Assembly: GCF_006345805.1 (NCBI RefSeq)
Contig: NC_043003.1
Location: forward strand, 78,678,001-78,742,000
DNA from: Octopus sinensis
Lineage: Eukaryota
DNA length: 64,000 nucleotides
Reading direction: 5' to 3'
In this document: positions 1-13,219 of the stretch, piece after piece
Layout of the letters: each line of letters begins with the position of its first letter
Position numbering within the stretch: position 1 is the stretch's first letter
The notes under the pieces: generated by a model
The model's database searches: none
What the model saw: only the letters and a program-made list of their open reading frames with translations
What the model was told of the DNA's origin: nothing
Made by a program: the position numbers and the translations under genes

Positions 1-687
1 GGGCAATTTTACATTACTGCCAGTATCTTTTAGTGATGCACCTGGGACATTAAGTGTTTCTGACTTGCCCTTTTTCCCTTCTAATTTAGAAATTAAATCC
101 TCTGCTTTAAGTTCTACATGTGTCCCTGATGCATCTTTAACATCTACCATTTTATTCCCTGCAAAATCAGTTTGCAAAGTTAAACTTTTGGTATTTCTCT
201 CATCAGCTGTCTCATCATAAGCAGCTACATTTGGGGATAATTTGTTATTGTCAGGGAGTGACTTGCGTATATAATTAGAGTCTTTTTGTAGATAATTTGA
301 TTGTTTCGATAACAATGTACTCATTACTGCAGAGTCTTGCCATTGGCCACCTTTGTTGTCAGCTGCTATCAGTTTAGAAATAATTGTTGCAGAAGTTTGT
401 GAAGGGAGATCCACAGTGTGATCCATTGATTCAGGCCAGAAAAGAGTATCATTAATATCAAAAATATTTGAATAACACAGAGGTATGCATGGTTTCTCAT
501 TTTCTCGGCCCACACTGTAGTTTGGAAGATAGCCTACTTTATGTATTTGGATGTTCTCCGGAAATAGGTGGGATGGGTAACAGTGAATAATCCCAACGGT
601 GAGGGCAGAACATCCTTCATCACTAAGTTGGTTAACATTAGCACCACAGTTGAGCAGTATTTCAATGATTTCATCATTTCCTATAGA
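1..687 (-). CDS. ANKMY1: ANKMY1-like coding exon 6 (ankyrin repeat plus long linker), continues beyond the window
   Basis: Acceptor tttctttctag at 688. SIGNDEIIEILLNCGANVNQLSDEGCSALTVGIIHCYPSHLFPENI... completes the ankyrin repeat begun in exon 5. The frame is open for 229 codons to position 1. The MYND finger expected of ANKMY1 is not in the window, so orthology rests on the MORN+ANK architecture and remembered similarity. Confidence 0.88.
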
Positions 688-775
688 CTAGAAAGAAAAA
701 AAAGAAAGAAATGGGTGAAGGGTAAACATTTTTCAACATGTTATCAACAATATCAAGAACAACAACAATGAATGT

Positions 776-1170
776 GGCGCAGGAGTGGCTGTGTGGTAAG
801 TAGCTTGTTTACCAACCACATGGTTCGGGTTCAGTCCCACTGCGTGGCACCTTGGGCAAGTGTCTTCTACTATAGCCTCGGGCCGACCAAAGCCTTGTGA
901 GTGGATTTGGTAGACGGAAACTGAAAGAAGCCCGTCGTATATATGTATATATATATATGCGTGTGTGTGTTTGTCTGTCTGTGTTTGTCCCCCTAGCATC
1001 GCTTGACAACCGATACTGGTGTGTTTATGTCCCCGTTACTTAGCGGTTCGGCAAAAGAGACCGATAGAATAAGTACTGGGCTTACAAAAGAATAAGTCCC
1101 GGGGTCGAGTTGCTCGATTAAAGGCAGTGCTCCAGCATGGCCACAGTCAAATGACTGAAACAATTAAAAA
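776..1170 (+). mobile_element. tRNA-derived SINE family A (~400 bp, internal (TA)n/(TG)n); representative copy
   Basis: Head ggcgcaggagtggctgtgtggtaag...ggttcagtcccactg, body ccttgggcaagtgtctt, tail ...ccagcatggccacagtcaaatgactgaaac. Other copies at about 1430-1820(-), 4200-4450(+), 5630-6050(-), 26350-26980(-), 29270-29690(+), 33200-33590(+), 34030-34450(-), 39500-39740(-), 39790-40190(+), 48320-48480(+), 57540-57700(+), 59900-60300(+), 61600-61760(+). Confidence 0.85.
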
Positions 1171-1198
1171 GAGAGAGAATACAAGACATTAAATTTAA

Positions 1199-1417
1199 CC
1201 CTTTAGCATTCAAGTACACCATATCTGGCCCAAATATTTGCTGTTTTTATGTTCAAACTGGTCAAAGCTAGCCTCTCATACTTACACTACAATGTCACTC
1301 TAACTATAAACAATCACATCATCAAAATCTCGAAGCTATGAGATAATGCATAATCAATTCACAATAATGTGGATAAATAAGCATTATAGTTGATGGATTA
1401 ATCTGAATGCTAAAGGG
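1199..1417. mobile_element. piggyBac-type MITE
   Basis: TTAA on both flanks, TIRs ccctttagcattca / tgaatgctaaaggg. Related copies at about 18560-18755 and 20725-20940. Confidence 0.75.
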
Positions 1418-1616
1418 TTAAACATCTTACTCTTTTACCCTTAAACTTGTTTCAGTCATTTGACTGTGGCCATGCTGGAGCACTGCGACCTCAGGACTTA
1501 TTCTTTGTAAGCCTAGTACTTATTCTATCAGTCTCTTTTGCCGAACTGCTAAGTTACGGGGATGTAAACACACCAGCATCGGTTGTGGGGACAAACATAG
1601 ACACACACATACATAC

Positions 1617-1663
<47 letters not shown>

Positions 1664-2923
1664 TACGACGGGCTTCTTTCAGTTTCTGTCTACCAAATCC
1701 ACTCACAAGGCTTTGGTTGGCCCGAGGCTATAGTAGAAGACACTTACCCAAGGTGCCACACCGTAGGACTGAACCCAGAACCATGTGGTTGGTAAGCAAG
1801 CTACTTACCTCACAGCCATCTTACTGCATTTTAAATAGTTCCCCAAAATTTCAATTACTTGATCTGGTAGGAGTTACCTTCCTTTTTTTAGTGTTTTAAG
1901 ATTTTGAGTACCCCAGAGAAAATTTTCGTCTATGATGGCAGTTTCTTCATGTCAGAAGATCATGACAAAGAGTGACACACTCTCAAATGGCTATGTAAAC
2001 CGAACTTTGAAGTTGCAGAGCTTTTTTTCCTGTCTTTGTTTAGCAGTTTTAAAGTGAGAGTCAGTCTATGCAATCCAGATACTCATTAAACTTATAAAAA
2101 GGTAAAAGTAAAGTTACTTCTTGAGTCATGCTAACTCATAAGGGCCAGTTTCCTTGTTTCCTGGGTTATATATTCCCCATCTAGATCGGACACTAGTCTG
2201 TCACAGGATTACTAATTTTTGCCAGCTGAGTGGACTGGAGCAACATGAAATGAAGTGTTTTGCTTGAGAACATGTTACCTGGTTTAGAAATCGAAACAAC
2301 AATCTTATAATCATGAGTCCAACACCCTAATCACAAAGCCATGCACCTCCACTCTTTAAACTTAGAGGTCTGATGACAGTAGCTCAGTGGACTAGGATGG
2401 CTGTGGTGAATTAGCAAGCTCTCAGTCTTTCATTGGAGTGGCCTTCTCCAAGACAAATTGCTTTATAGGGCAGAAGAGCTTCACCTTGCTTGGAGTTGTC
2501 AGAAAGGCATTAAGGAGGGCACCAGACCACCCAAAGGACTTTGTTCTTTGATTTGTTGTCAAGGTCAATACTCTGAACCTTTCCCTTTCCCAAGGCATTC
2601 ACAAGACAGTAAGAGTTTATGCTGTAAAGGTTAAATAACATCCTACTTAACAAGAGCAGGGACCCTAACCCTAACCCAATAAGGTGCTACAACTCTGAGT
2701 CAAAATAGACTTGAGAACAATAATAGCTAAGTAGTTCAACACTTTCTAAAACCCTGGAATTTCTGCATCAGGATCCTACTTCTGGGTGTAGTTCAAAATA
2801 AAACCTAGGACACATGAACTAGTAATCTCAATTAATTGATCACAGAAGTGAAATCCTACCATATTTCAAATATGAATCAGAAGCAGCATGAGGTATATAA
2901 ACTACATTGAACATACATACAGA

Positions 2924-3243
2924 AGATTCGAACCCGTGATCCCTTGACCGTGAGTCTGCTGCTCTAACCACTTGGCCATGTGCCTCCACACATATAAAAA
3001 ATGAGCATTGCTTGTTTGTTTTATCAAAACAAAAATTCATCTTCAGAAAATTAGTCATATAAGACTTACTGTAGCTATTATCAGAGAATGTATACCATAT
3101 CTGTCACTAACATCTGGGCTTACAATATTTTCTTCTAAGATTGCTTCAACCAGTTCGTGATCTCCTGCAAATGCACTTTTTAGCAATGTCTCAGAACTCC
3201 TCTCCATTATACCCTTTGCCAAGAATTTCTCTCGATCGTAATG
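2924..3243 (-). repeat. Near-identical 320-bp copy of 4752-5071 containing the 3' 58 codons and donor of exon 5
   Basis: Constant offset of 1828. The only difference I saw is 3211 A vs 5039 G (synonymous). The acceptor and first 9 codons are absent. Confidence 0.9.
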
Positions 3244-4897
3244 TGTTTCACTAGTTTGTGGGTAGGTTACACTTATAGAGAATATATTCTCTATATATAA
3301 AGGGTATCTTTCCTCCTGCATCTTGCAGCTCACCTGCGACGGACTGGTGTCCCGTCCAGGTGGGGAACCTATACGCCAAGGAAACCGGGAAAACTGGCCC
3401 TATGAGCTAGGCATGGCTCGAGAAGGAACAAACAACAACAATATAAAGAGTATATTCTTAACAATTCACCTGGTATTAAAACACCTGGAATTCATAGACA
3501 AAGCATATGGCTGAGTAGTTAGAGTGTCAGGCTCACAATCATGAGGTTGTGAGTTCAATTCCTGGACTGGGCTCTGTGTTGTGTTCTTGAGCAAGATGCT
3601 TTATTTCACGTTGCTACATTTTACTCAGCTACTGGTGCCAAGTTTTATCAACCTTTGCCTTTCCCATGAATAATATCGGTGGTGTGGAGAGGATAGGCTG
3701 GTATGCATGGGTGACTGATGATTTTCCCTAAAAACCTTGTCTGGACCTTTGCTTCAGAGGGGAACTTTCTAGGTGCAACCCATGGTCATTCATGACCAAA
3801 GGGGTTCTTTACCTTTTGACCCATAGACAAGTGAGATAACTTGCACCTGGTTCCATTCAGGAGTGATACATCAATATTTCATCATTTTTGTTATTTGTCA
3901 ATACTGCGTACCCAAAACAAGACCCAAAGTAAGTTAAATCGCTATCACTGTATGCAAAATGATGTAAGAACCATCTGCTGGTATATCCCAATGTTTCATA
4001 CCAATGAAAAATTTCAAATACGAATTAGAAGTCGCTCAGAGTATACAAACTATATCGAACATACAAACACAAGATATCTGCTTTGCTGATTTGTGGGTAG
4101 GCTGCACTTGTAGGTGTAAGAAAATATATTCTCATCAATTTGCCTGGTGTTAAAACATCTAGAAGTCATAGACAAACAAGATAACTCACACCTGGTCTCA
4201 TATGTATATGGTGTGGCTGTGTGGTAAGAAGCCTGCTTCCCAACCACATGGTCCTAGGTTCAATCACACTGTGTAGCACCTTGTAAGTGGATTTGGTAGA
4301 TGTAAACTGAAAGGAGCTCAACATGTTTGTGTGAGTGTGTGTGTGTGTGTGTTTGTGTCTGTTTGTCTCCCACCACTGCTTGACAACCAGTGTTGGTGTG
4401 TTTACATCCCTGTAACTAGGTGGTTTGGCTGAAGAGACCAATGGAATAAGTACATGTCAGAGAAATGATAAGTATTTCATTGGCCTTTAGAAAAAGCTAC
4501 ATATAATAAATTTTTGTTGTTGTTCCTTCTCGAGTCATGCCTGGCTCATAAGGGCCAGTTTCCCGGTTTCTTTGGCATATAGGTTCCCCACTTGGACGGG
4601 ACGCCGGTTCGTCACAGGTGAGCTGCAAGATGCAGGGGGAAAGAGTGAGAGAAAGTTGTGGCGAAAGAGTCAGTAGAAGTTCGCCATTACCTTCTGCTGG
4701 AGCCGTGTGGAGCTTAGGTGTCTTGTTCATAAACACACATCGCCCAGTTTGAGATTCGAACCCGTGATCCCTTGACCGTGAGTCTGCTGCTCTAACCACT
4801 TGGCCATGTGCCTCCACACATATAAAAAATGAGCATTGCTTGTTTGTTTTATCAAAACAAAAATTCATCTTCAGAAAATTAGTCATATAAGACTTAC

Positions 4898-5098
4898 TGT
4901 AGCTATTATCAGAGAATGTATACCATATCTGTCACTAACATCTGGGCTTACAATATTTTCTTCTAAGATTGCTTCAACCAGTTCGTGATCTCCTGCAAAT
5001 GCACTTTTTAGCAATGTCTCAGAACTCCTCTCCATTATGCCCTTTGCCAAGAATTTCTCTCGATCGTAATGAAATATGGCATTAACTTTTATCAGATC
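4898..5098 (-). CDS. ANKMY1: ANKMY1-like coding exon 5 (first ankyrin repeat), 201 nt
   Basis: Acceptor ctgtttcag, DLIKVNAIFHYDREKF...LLKSAFAGDHELVEAILEENIVSPDVSDRYGIHSLIIAT, donor gtaagt, phase 0/0. Confidence 0.92.
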
Positions 5099-6239
5099 CT
5101 GAAACAGAAAAATATAATGGGAAACATTTGAAACATGTAACAGAAACACAGTAACGATAGCAGGTTCATTATGCAAACTTTTCATATTGTGCAGTAAGTG
5201 TATATTGCTCTTTGCCAAGCCTTGGGTCCTCAAATCCTGATGGAGATGTGGGGATGTGGCTGTGACATATGGTGTGTCGTGAGCATGGAAACAGGGTGAA
5301 GCCCATCCTTCTCCAGATTTAAATGCAGCTGATTTCTTCCAGAGGGAAAGAGAGAGGGGAAGAGGAGAAGGAGGAGAATCAAATGTAGTACTGGGATTAC
5401 ACTGACTTTGAAATGATGAAAGAGAAGTTAACCTTGGTGAGATTTGAACCACAACAAATACTGCAAGGCATTCTATCTGATACTCTATCGATTCTGCCAA
5501 TTCACCACCAACCACACCTCTGCTGCAGAATATATTAATTTATTACAATGGTATAATGCTGTAAGTTTGAAGCCATCTGAATGAACCGCTCCAGTTTGCT
5601 GGCATAAAGCAGACATACTTTCTCTTTTACTCTTTTACTTGTTTCAATCCTTTGACTGTGGCCATGCTGGAGCACCGCCTTTAGTCAAGCAAATCGACCC
5701 CAGGACTTATTCTTTGTAAGCCTAGTACTTATTCTATTGGTCGCTTTTGCCGAAACGCTAAGTTACAGGGATGTAAACACACCAGCATTGGTTATCAAGT
5801 GATGTTGGGGCGACAAACACAGGCGTACAAACACACACACATATATATATACATATACATATATATGACAGGCTTCTTTCAGCTTCCTTCTACCAAATCC
5901 ACTCACAAGGCTTTGGTCGGCCCAAGGCTATAGTAGAAGACACTTGCCCAAGATGCCACGCAGTGGGACTGAACCCGAAAGCATGTGGTTGGTAAGGAAG
6001 CTACTTTATTTCATTAAATTTGTCATAAAGACAGTACCACACAGCCACTTCTGCACCTGATTAATATAACTTCCATTTTAGATAGAGTACAAGTCAAGTT
6101 CAGGTAACATTTGCAGATGATTCAGTGCCTGTTCCAAATAGTTAGAGGAACTGTGTCATGTAGAAATGTGTGATTCAAATACGCAACAAAACAATCTGTT
6201 TCAGAAGAATACAAAGGACCTGTGTTTATGTTCTATTTA

Positions 6240-6800
6240 TTAAAATAAGAGATCAAGATTTCCTTGAATATGGTCTCACTTGTCCTGCCAGGTTCTGTGC
6301 ATGAGAAGACCCGGCAGAACAAGTGAGACCATAACCCGTGGCCTTTACCTGGGATGTAGCCAGTCCACTTATGCATACCTTTCCTTCTTTGGAAACAAAA
6401 CTCTGCTTGTGAAGACCTTTTGAGGCAAGTGAAATCGAAATCGATCAAAAAATCAATGGAAATTGTAGTTTTGATACCAGTGCCGGTGGTACATAAAGAG
6501 AACCATCTGAACGTGGCCGTTGCCAGCGCCGCCTCGACTGGCTTCCGTGCCGGTGGCATATAAAAAGCACCAACCGATCATGGCTGTTGCCAGCCTCACC
6601 TGGCACCTGTGCTGGTGGGACGTAAAAAGCATCCACTACACTCACAGAGTGGTTGGCGTTAGGAAGGGCATCCAGCTGTCGAAACACTGCCAGATCAGAC
6701 TGGAGCCTGGTGCATCCTCCTGGCTTCCCAGACTCTGGTTGAACCATCCAACTCATGCTAGCATGGAAAACGGATGTTAAATGATGATGATGATGATGAT
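6240..6800 (+). mobile_element. SINE/LINE-tail family C with internal gtgccggtggcac.taaaaagca repeats and (TGA)n tail
   Basis: Tail gtggttggcgttaggaagggcatccagctg...ggaaaacggatgttaaatgatgatg. Related copies at about 7940-8340(-), 10020-10260(-), 14540-14870(-), 17480-17780(+). Confidence 0.7.
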
Positions 6801-8736
6801 GATGAGGATAGGAATCGCTGTGTAATTAAAAAGTTTGCTTTACAGTTACGTGGTTTTGAGTTCCCTCCCACAGTACAGCATCTTGGGCATGTGTCTTCTG
6901 CTGTCGCCCAGAACCAATCAGTGCCTTGTGAGAGAAATTGGTAGATGGAAAGAAACTGTATGGAGCCTGTCATGTGCATGTGCACAAGAGTATGACTATA
7001 TGAATGTTTACATTGTGTGCTTTACATGAAAAAGCATTTAGCAACAAACTGTGATGTCAGCTGTTATTCTCTGTCAAGTAATTCTGAGTTAACTCTGAAC
7101 TCTCAGAGACATTTGAAATAAGAAAAGTCTCTTACTTGAAAAATAGATAAGAGTTAGTGACAGGAAGGGCATCCATCTGTAAAAAAATACCTCGATAAGA
7201 TGTATTTCTCTAACTCATGCTGTCATGGAAAAACAGACGTAAAGTGAACAAATTAATGAGTGATGGACCAAATGAACAAAGCTGGTTTAATACATGGAGC
7301 TTTTTCTACAAGCCAATAAAATACTTGTCAGGTCTGTAAGTCACAGATGCCTCTAGCAAATGGAATAGGCAATGTTAGGATGTGCTTGGTTGTAGGTCTG
7401 CTCAGTCAAGTTGACCAGGAGCTAAACAACGGCAACAATTTAAAGCTGAATGAGCCAACATGTGAACTTCTACATGGCCACTCAATCTACTAGAAATAGC
7501 AGCCAAATCTCATTTAAAGGACCCTCTACTATCTTAATAACTAAATAAATACAGACACATTGTATATGTAGATATTATGATGAAGTGAAAGGTGGTGAGT
7601 TACCGGACCCAATAGCATGCTGGGCAAAATATTTAATGGTATTTTGTCCATCTTTACATTCTGCATTCAAATTCTGCTGAGGTCTACTTTACCTTTTCTC
7701 CCTTTTGAGGTCAATAAAATTAGTACCAGTTGAGTACTGGGGTTGATGTAATTGATTAGCCCCCTTCCCCAAAATTGCTTGTCGTGTGTCAAAATTTGAA
7801 ATTGATACTATGATAAAGTGGTCACAGTTGGATTGTTTGTGGTCATAGGTCATTTGGTTCAGACTTGGGAATAAACCACAGCTTAAAACTGGTTCTCAGT
7901 CGGAGGCCCATCAGACTCCTAGTTGTCAGTAAGGTAAATACAGGGTTATCACCATCATCATCATTTGGCGTTTCTTATCCATGTTGGCATGGGTTGGACA
8001 GTTTGACCAGGGCTGGTAAGCCGAGGCGTGGCACTAGACTCCTGTCTGATTTGGAATAGTTTCTATGGCTGGATGCCCTTCCTAATGCCAACCACTCCGA
8101 GAGAGTAATGGATGCTTTTACGGGTCTCCTAAATGTAATAGGTGCTTGGTGAGTCTTCTCAAGCATGGCATATTGCCAAAATTCTTGGTCATTTGTCATT
8201 GCCTCCATGAGGTCCAACACTCAAAAGGTACTTCTTCCACGTGCCACTGGCACAGGTGCCAGTGACATGACACCAGCATTGGCCATGACTACGATTTCAT
8301 TTGGCTTGATGAGTCTTTTCAAGCATAGTATATCACCAAAGATAGATCATTCGTAAATCAAGGGTCTATGGGAAAATTAATTTAATTAAAAATAAACCCT
8401 TGTCAGTGAAAAATTTAGGAACCACGACTAATAACAGGGACTAGGGTTTGAATCAGCAACCTTTTGGTTGTTTGTCAGTTGATCTAGGCATTTAGTAATT
8501 TTAGCTATAAACATTTTGATAATTTATCTATTTTTTTTTTTGTTATGGTTTTCACTAAGAATGAGGGCAGCACTTAGGACCTCTTGAGACTGCTGGGGAT
8601 ATCCATTCCTGCACTCCCAAACTCTCAGCTTGCATACGAGTTAATAATCACAATCATGCAATTTTGTCACAACTTATTTAATTAAGAATTTTAAGATAAG
8701 TCATTAGAGAAATTAATGCAACCAAAGTAACAATAC

Positions 8737-9207
8737 CTGTTTAAAGGAATGTTTTAAGCTATGATTCTGTAATTCCACAAGAAATGGTGTCAGATTCCAT
8801 AATCCTCTACTGTCATTTAGATCCAAGGTTCCTTTGGCAGCTGAAACAAAATTTTCATTGAAGGTATCATAGTTGATTTTCCAACTGCTTTTGTCTTGGT
8901 AATCAATATAAATGTCTTTCAGTTTCTCAGACAGCTGTGTGCTAGACAAAATATCATAATAAGTGTTTTCCTGACACATTTCTTCAAACAATGTATCTGT
9001 CTTCCAGCAATCAGCCATATGAATCCTATGGCCTTTCTCTTGAAGTAAACGGATGCAGTGTGAATGTTGAAGCAAAGTGAAACCCCCACAAAGGGTAAAA
9101 GCGATCCGAATTAATTTCTCTCCGTGCCATAAACCAACATCTTGAAGATTTGAAGAGCTGTAGGAAAGAATGCCAGGTCCAAGTCTTTCATCTTCTTTAT
9201 ATAAACC
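8737..9207 (-). CDS. ANKMY1: ANKMY1-like coding exon 4 (last MORN repeats plus linker), 471 nt
   Basis: Acceptor atattctag, GLYKEDERLGPGILSYSSSNLQDVGLWHGEKLIRI...HSLKHSFKQ, donor gtattg, phase 0/0. Resembles the GLYK..ER.GPG..Y.DG.QDVGLW segment I recall from vertebrate ANKMY1. Confidence 0.9.
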
Positions 9208-9239
9208 CTAGAATATAACAGAAATACAACAAAAATGGA

Positions 9240-9690
9240 AAGGGAAGCACCAAAGGCTGGGTTGAGAATCAGCAGTCAAAAACTGAAGGTAATGCAAGTT
9301 GGGAAAAGTAGAAAATGTATCAGTAAAAGTTGGACAAGAACCAGTTGAAGAAGTTACAAACTCCACATATCTGGGAAGCATAGTGACAAGCAACAGCAAT
9401 GCAGAGACAGATGTAAGCTGCAGAATTGGCAAAGCAGAAGCAGTATTTAGAAGACTGACAACACTTTGGGGTAGCAATAACATGAAGATTTGTCTGTAAA
9501 AAACAGCAATACTGCCCTTAGTGATCTAGGCAGCTGAGACCTGGAAGTTGACAGCAAAAATCACTCACCAACTCGACATATTTCATCAGTGGAGCCTCAG
9601 AACGATCCCAAGAATCACTTATTGAGACAGTGACAAATGAAGCCATTCTCCAAGCAGCAAAAAGAAGGCCTCTGCATGCAGTTCTAACCA
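9240..9690 (+). mobile_element. RTE-type LINE RT fragment, decayed
   Basis: EEVTNSTYLGSIVTSNSNAETDVSCRIGKAEAVFRRL...AAETWKLT motifs with stops. Confidence 0.8.
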
Positions 9691-10587
9691 TATCTGCATT
9701 TACTTTGAATAAGAATCCACTCAGAAGAACAGCATTTTAGAAAGGGAAATAGAGACAATATTCATGAACAATCTTTCAAATGAAACAAATTATGAATACT
9801 ATGTAGTTATCTTCAAGAGTTCAGTTAAACGAATGAAAGTGCAAATAAAGAATTATCCAGAATTCAGACCGCCTCCTCTTCCTTAATATATATATCTTTT
9901 ATCTTTTACTTGTTTCAGTCATTAGACTTCAGCCATGCTGGAGCGCCGCCTTGGAGTATTTTTAGTCAAATGAATTGACCCCAGAACTTTTTCTTTTAAA
10001 GAATGGTACTTATTCTGTTGGTCTCTTTTGCTGAACTGGCAAGCTGGAAGGCTGCACCAGACTCCAGTCTGATTTGGCAGTGTTTCTCCAGCTGGATGCC
10101 TTCCTTATGCCAACCACTCCAAGAGTGTAATGGGTGCTTTTACGTGTCACTGGCATGGGCTCCATTTGTCTGACACCGGTACCTGCCACAACTGCGATTT
10201 TGCTCGGCTTGATGGGTCTTCTTCTCAAGCACAACATAACGCCTTAACTTACAATGCCAATCATTGTCACTTGATGCTAACACACGGACATAGCAGAGAA
10301 CCTACAAAAATTTCTTAGACCAGTCATGTGAGGACCTTGTACCAATAAAATCCTATTCAAAACATATAAAAACGGGGCAAACTTCAGACACTAGTCAGAA
10401 GCAAGACAGCTGTGACATAAGCCATGTCTTTCTATTTGAATTTTTTAAAAATCAGTGTAAACTGTGAAACCGGTAAAAGATTTAAATATGAATTTAAAAT
10501 ATTCTAACTATTCTCAGTACATTTTTGACTTCTATATTTCTACCCGTGAGGAATAAAATAGCTTAGTTTTATATATATATATATATA

Positions 10588-11600
10588 CATGAAGTGATAT
10601 CAAAAGGTTTCTAGACTAGTTATATTTGACTAAAAAAAACTTATTTACTTAGTTTTAACATCATCCCTTTTGAAATAGTCGCCTTGCATAACAAGGTCCT
10701 TGACTCACTTACAGTAAATGGTTTCCAGGCCAGATTCCAAAAGCACCAGGAATGCTGGGACCAGTGTATTGTTGTGCAAGGCGACTATTTACCTAGTTTT
10801 AACATAAACTCCTTTAAAATAGTTGCCTTACACAACAATACACTGGTCCCAGCGTTTTTGGAATCTGGCCTGGAAGCTGTTTTCCATAAGCGGGTCAAGG
10901 ACCTTCTGTGATTCACTTTGGTTCACAACAATGGTGACCTTTGAGCCACATTTTTATCTTGGAGTAGAGATGGAAGAAGTCTGCAGGTGCTAAATCTAGT
11001 GAATAGAGTAGGGGTGCAGCAGTGATACCATGTTGTGGAGTGCTAAGAATCCAGTTCTTAGCACTCCACAGATCTGTTCGCTTTCACTAAATGTCCTCTC
11101 TCAAATGCTTCCAAACGTTGCAGTAGAACTCTCAATTGATGGTCTGGCTCTGGGAGATGAATTCTCAAAGCATAACACCACATTTCCAGGGGTGATGCTC
11201 ATGGCAGGTCTTCCAGATAGCTCATCATCTGCCAGGGATGTTCTTCCACCTTTGGAAGTACCCATGCCACTTAAAACAATGCTTACGACCCATTGCCTCA
11301 TTGCCTTAAGCTTGTTGAAGCCTGCTCAATGTCTCTGTAGCAGACTTCCCAAGTTTAATGCAAAATTTCATGTTGACTCTGTTCCTGTCTATGAAAAAAA
11401 ATCACAAACTACAGCATACACATGATCACAAAGACACAAATTTCACAGCATGCAAAGCAAACACAGTGATGTCATTTGGCACACTGCCTCATGAAGGTCA
11501 CTGCTAGCTCTCACTGGGCATGCAACTGGGCATGCAACTGTGTGCTGCCATCTGTTGGCATGCTACAAAACTAGTCAGGGAATGTTTTGATACCAAGTTG
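10588..11600 (-). mobile_element. Deleted mariner relic with an internal inverted duplication
   Basis: TA-flanked TIRs (cat.aagtgatatcaaaaggtttctagactagt / actagtcagggaatgttttgataccaagttg). Transposase remnants KGGRTSLADDELSGRP and YSLDLAPADFF. About 10690-10790 is an inverted copy of about 10810-10905. Confidence 0.8.
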
Positions 11601-13219
11601 TATATAAGTCTGAGACACCCTTCGGTCATGACTGGCCGTGGGATTGCACCTAGAAAGTTACCCTACCAGGCACAAGTCCAGGCAAGGTTGTTTATGGAAG
11701 ACCAGTAGTCGCCCATGCATACCAGCCTCGCCTCTCCATACCACCAATGTTATCCAAGGGAAAGAAAATTGCCAATACAACTTGATACTTACTAGTGATG
11801 TCACAACTCATTTCTACAGCTGAGTGAACTGGAGCAACGTGAAATAAAGTGTCTTACTCAAGAATGAAACACACAGCCCGGCACGGTATTCGAACTCACA
11901 ACCTTGCAATCATAAGCTCAACGTTCTAACCACTGAGCCATTTATATAAGTTAAAATTAAAGTTTAAATTTAAATTTAAAATTTAACATTGCGTGATTGG
12001 TATGTCCCTATACTTTGATACTTTGATAGGTTTTGGCCATTATTGGCCCAGGCCATGTCTAACTTAATAGCACCACCTGGTCTAACTTAATAGCACCACC
12101 TATAGTATGCCAACAAAGCATGTTGGCTACCTGAAATTGCACACTGCCTATGGCTACCTGTAATTGTAATCCACAGTAATTGCACAATTATTGCTGGATT
12201 ACATTAGGAATTCCTCAGTGCATATTGAGTATAGTAGAAACAATGGATAGGGAAGATAGAGAATACTGGAAAATTTGATTATCACAATGCTCATTTTGGT
12301 ACATTCTGCATTGCTCCCTTTCAGGTGGGAAACTATACAATGAATTATGGTGCATCCCACAGTGCAGAAGCATCTCATCAGGTTAACACAGTTTCTCATT
12401 ATGCAAGTAATGTTTTGCTCTTAATCTTAACTAGAGCATGTTGATAGTAGCCGTATCTAAAATCTTACATTACACATACACACATATATGACGCGTTTCT
12501 ATCAGCTCCTATCTACCAAATACATTCACAAGGCTTTGGTTGGCCTGAACCTACAGTAGAAGACACTTATGCAAGGTGCTACACCGTGGATCTGAACCCA
12601 GAACCATGTGGTTGGGAAGCAAGCTTCTTAGCATGCAGCCACATCTGCACCTTAAAAAAATAGTGCTTGAACTCATCTGGTATCACAGGTGGGGAAGAAC
12701 CTTGCTTCCTCACAATATAGTTCCAGTTTCAGTCCCACTGCATGGCACCTTTGGCAAGTGCCTTCTAACCATAATAGTTTCAACGATGTTGATAGACTTT
12801 TTAGAAGAGACCCTTAGAAACAAACAGTCCATCTGTTTATCTGCCAATCTTGATTGTGAGTGAATTTGGAAGTAAATAAGCTATTGTGCTATCTAGACTC
12901 ATATTAATTAACCAATCTAACTAGTTTCATCTTAGGATAAATTATCATTATTTATTTAGCATTTAAAAGTTAGTACAAGGGCTACTGTAAGTAATGCAAA
13001 AGGGCTTCCGTGAGCAGGCAGAATCATTAGCACACTGGCCAAAATGCTTAGTGGTATTTTGGCTGTCTTTACATTCAGAGTTCAAATTCTGCTGAGGTTG
13101 GCTTTGCCGTTCATCCTAACAGGATTAGTTAAAATAAGCACTAGTTGAACACCAGGGTTGATGTAATTGACTTACCTCTTCCCCTGGTATTGCTGGCCTT
13201 GTGCCAAAATTTGAAAGCT

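Noticed and set aside
2662-2677. Telomere-like CCCTAACCCTAACCC
   Set aside because: Only two and a half units inside a decayed SINE.
9039-9040. Alternative acceptor ttcaag suggested by the ORF track start near 9075
   Set aside because: The frame is open to a stronger phase-0 acceptor at 9208 that adds the expected MORN segment.
12238-12443. Plus-strand open frame ...FGTFCIAPFQVGNYTMNYGASHSAEASHQ...
   Set aside because: I recognise no domain or partner exons. It is antisense within an ANKMY1 intron and is likely decayed TE or chance. A BLASTX search would settle it.
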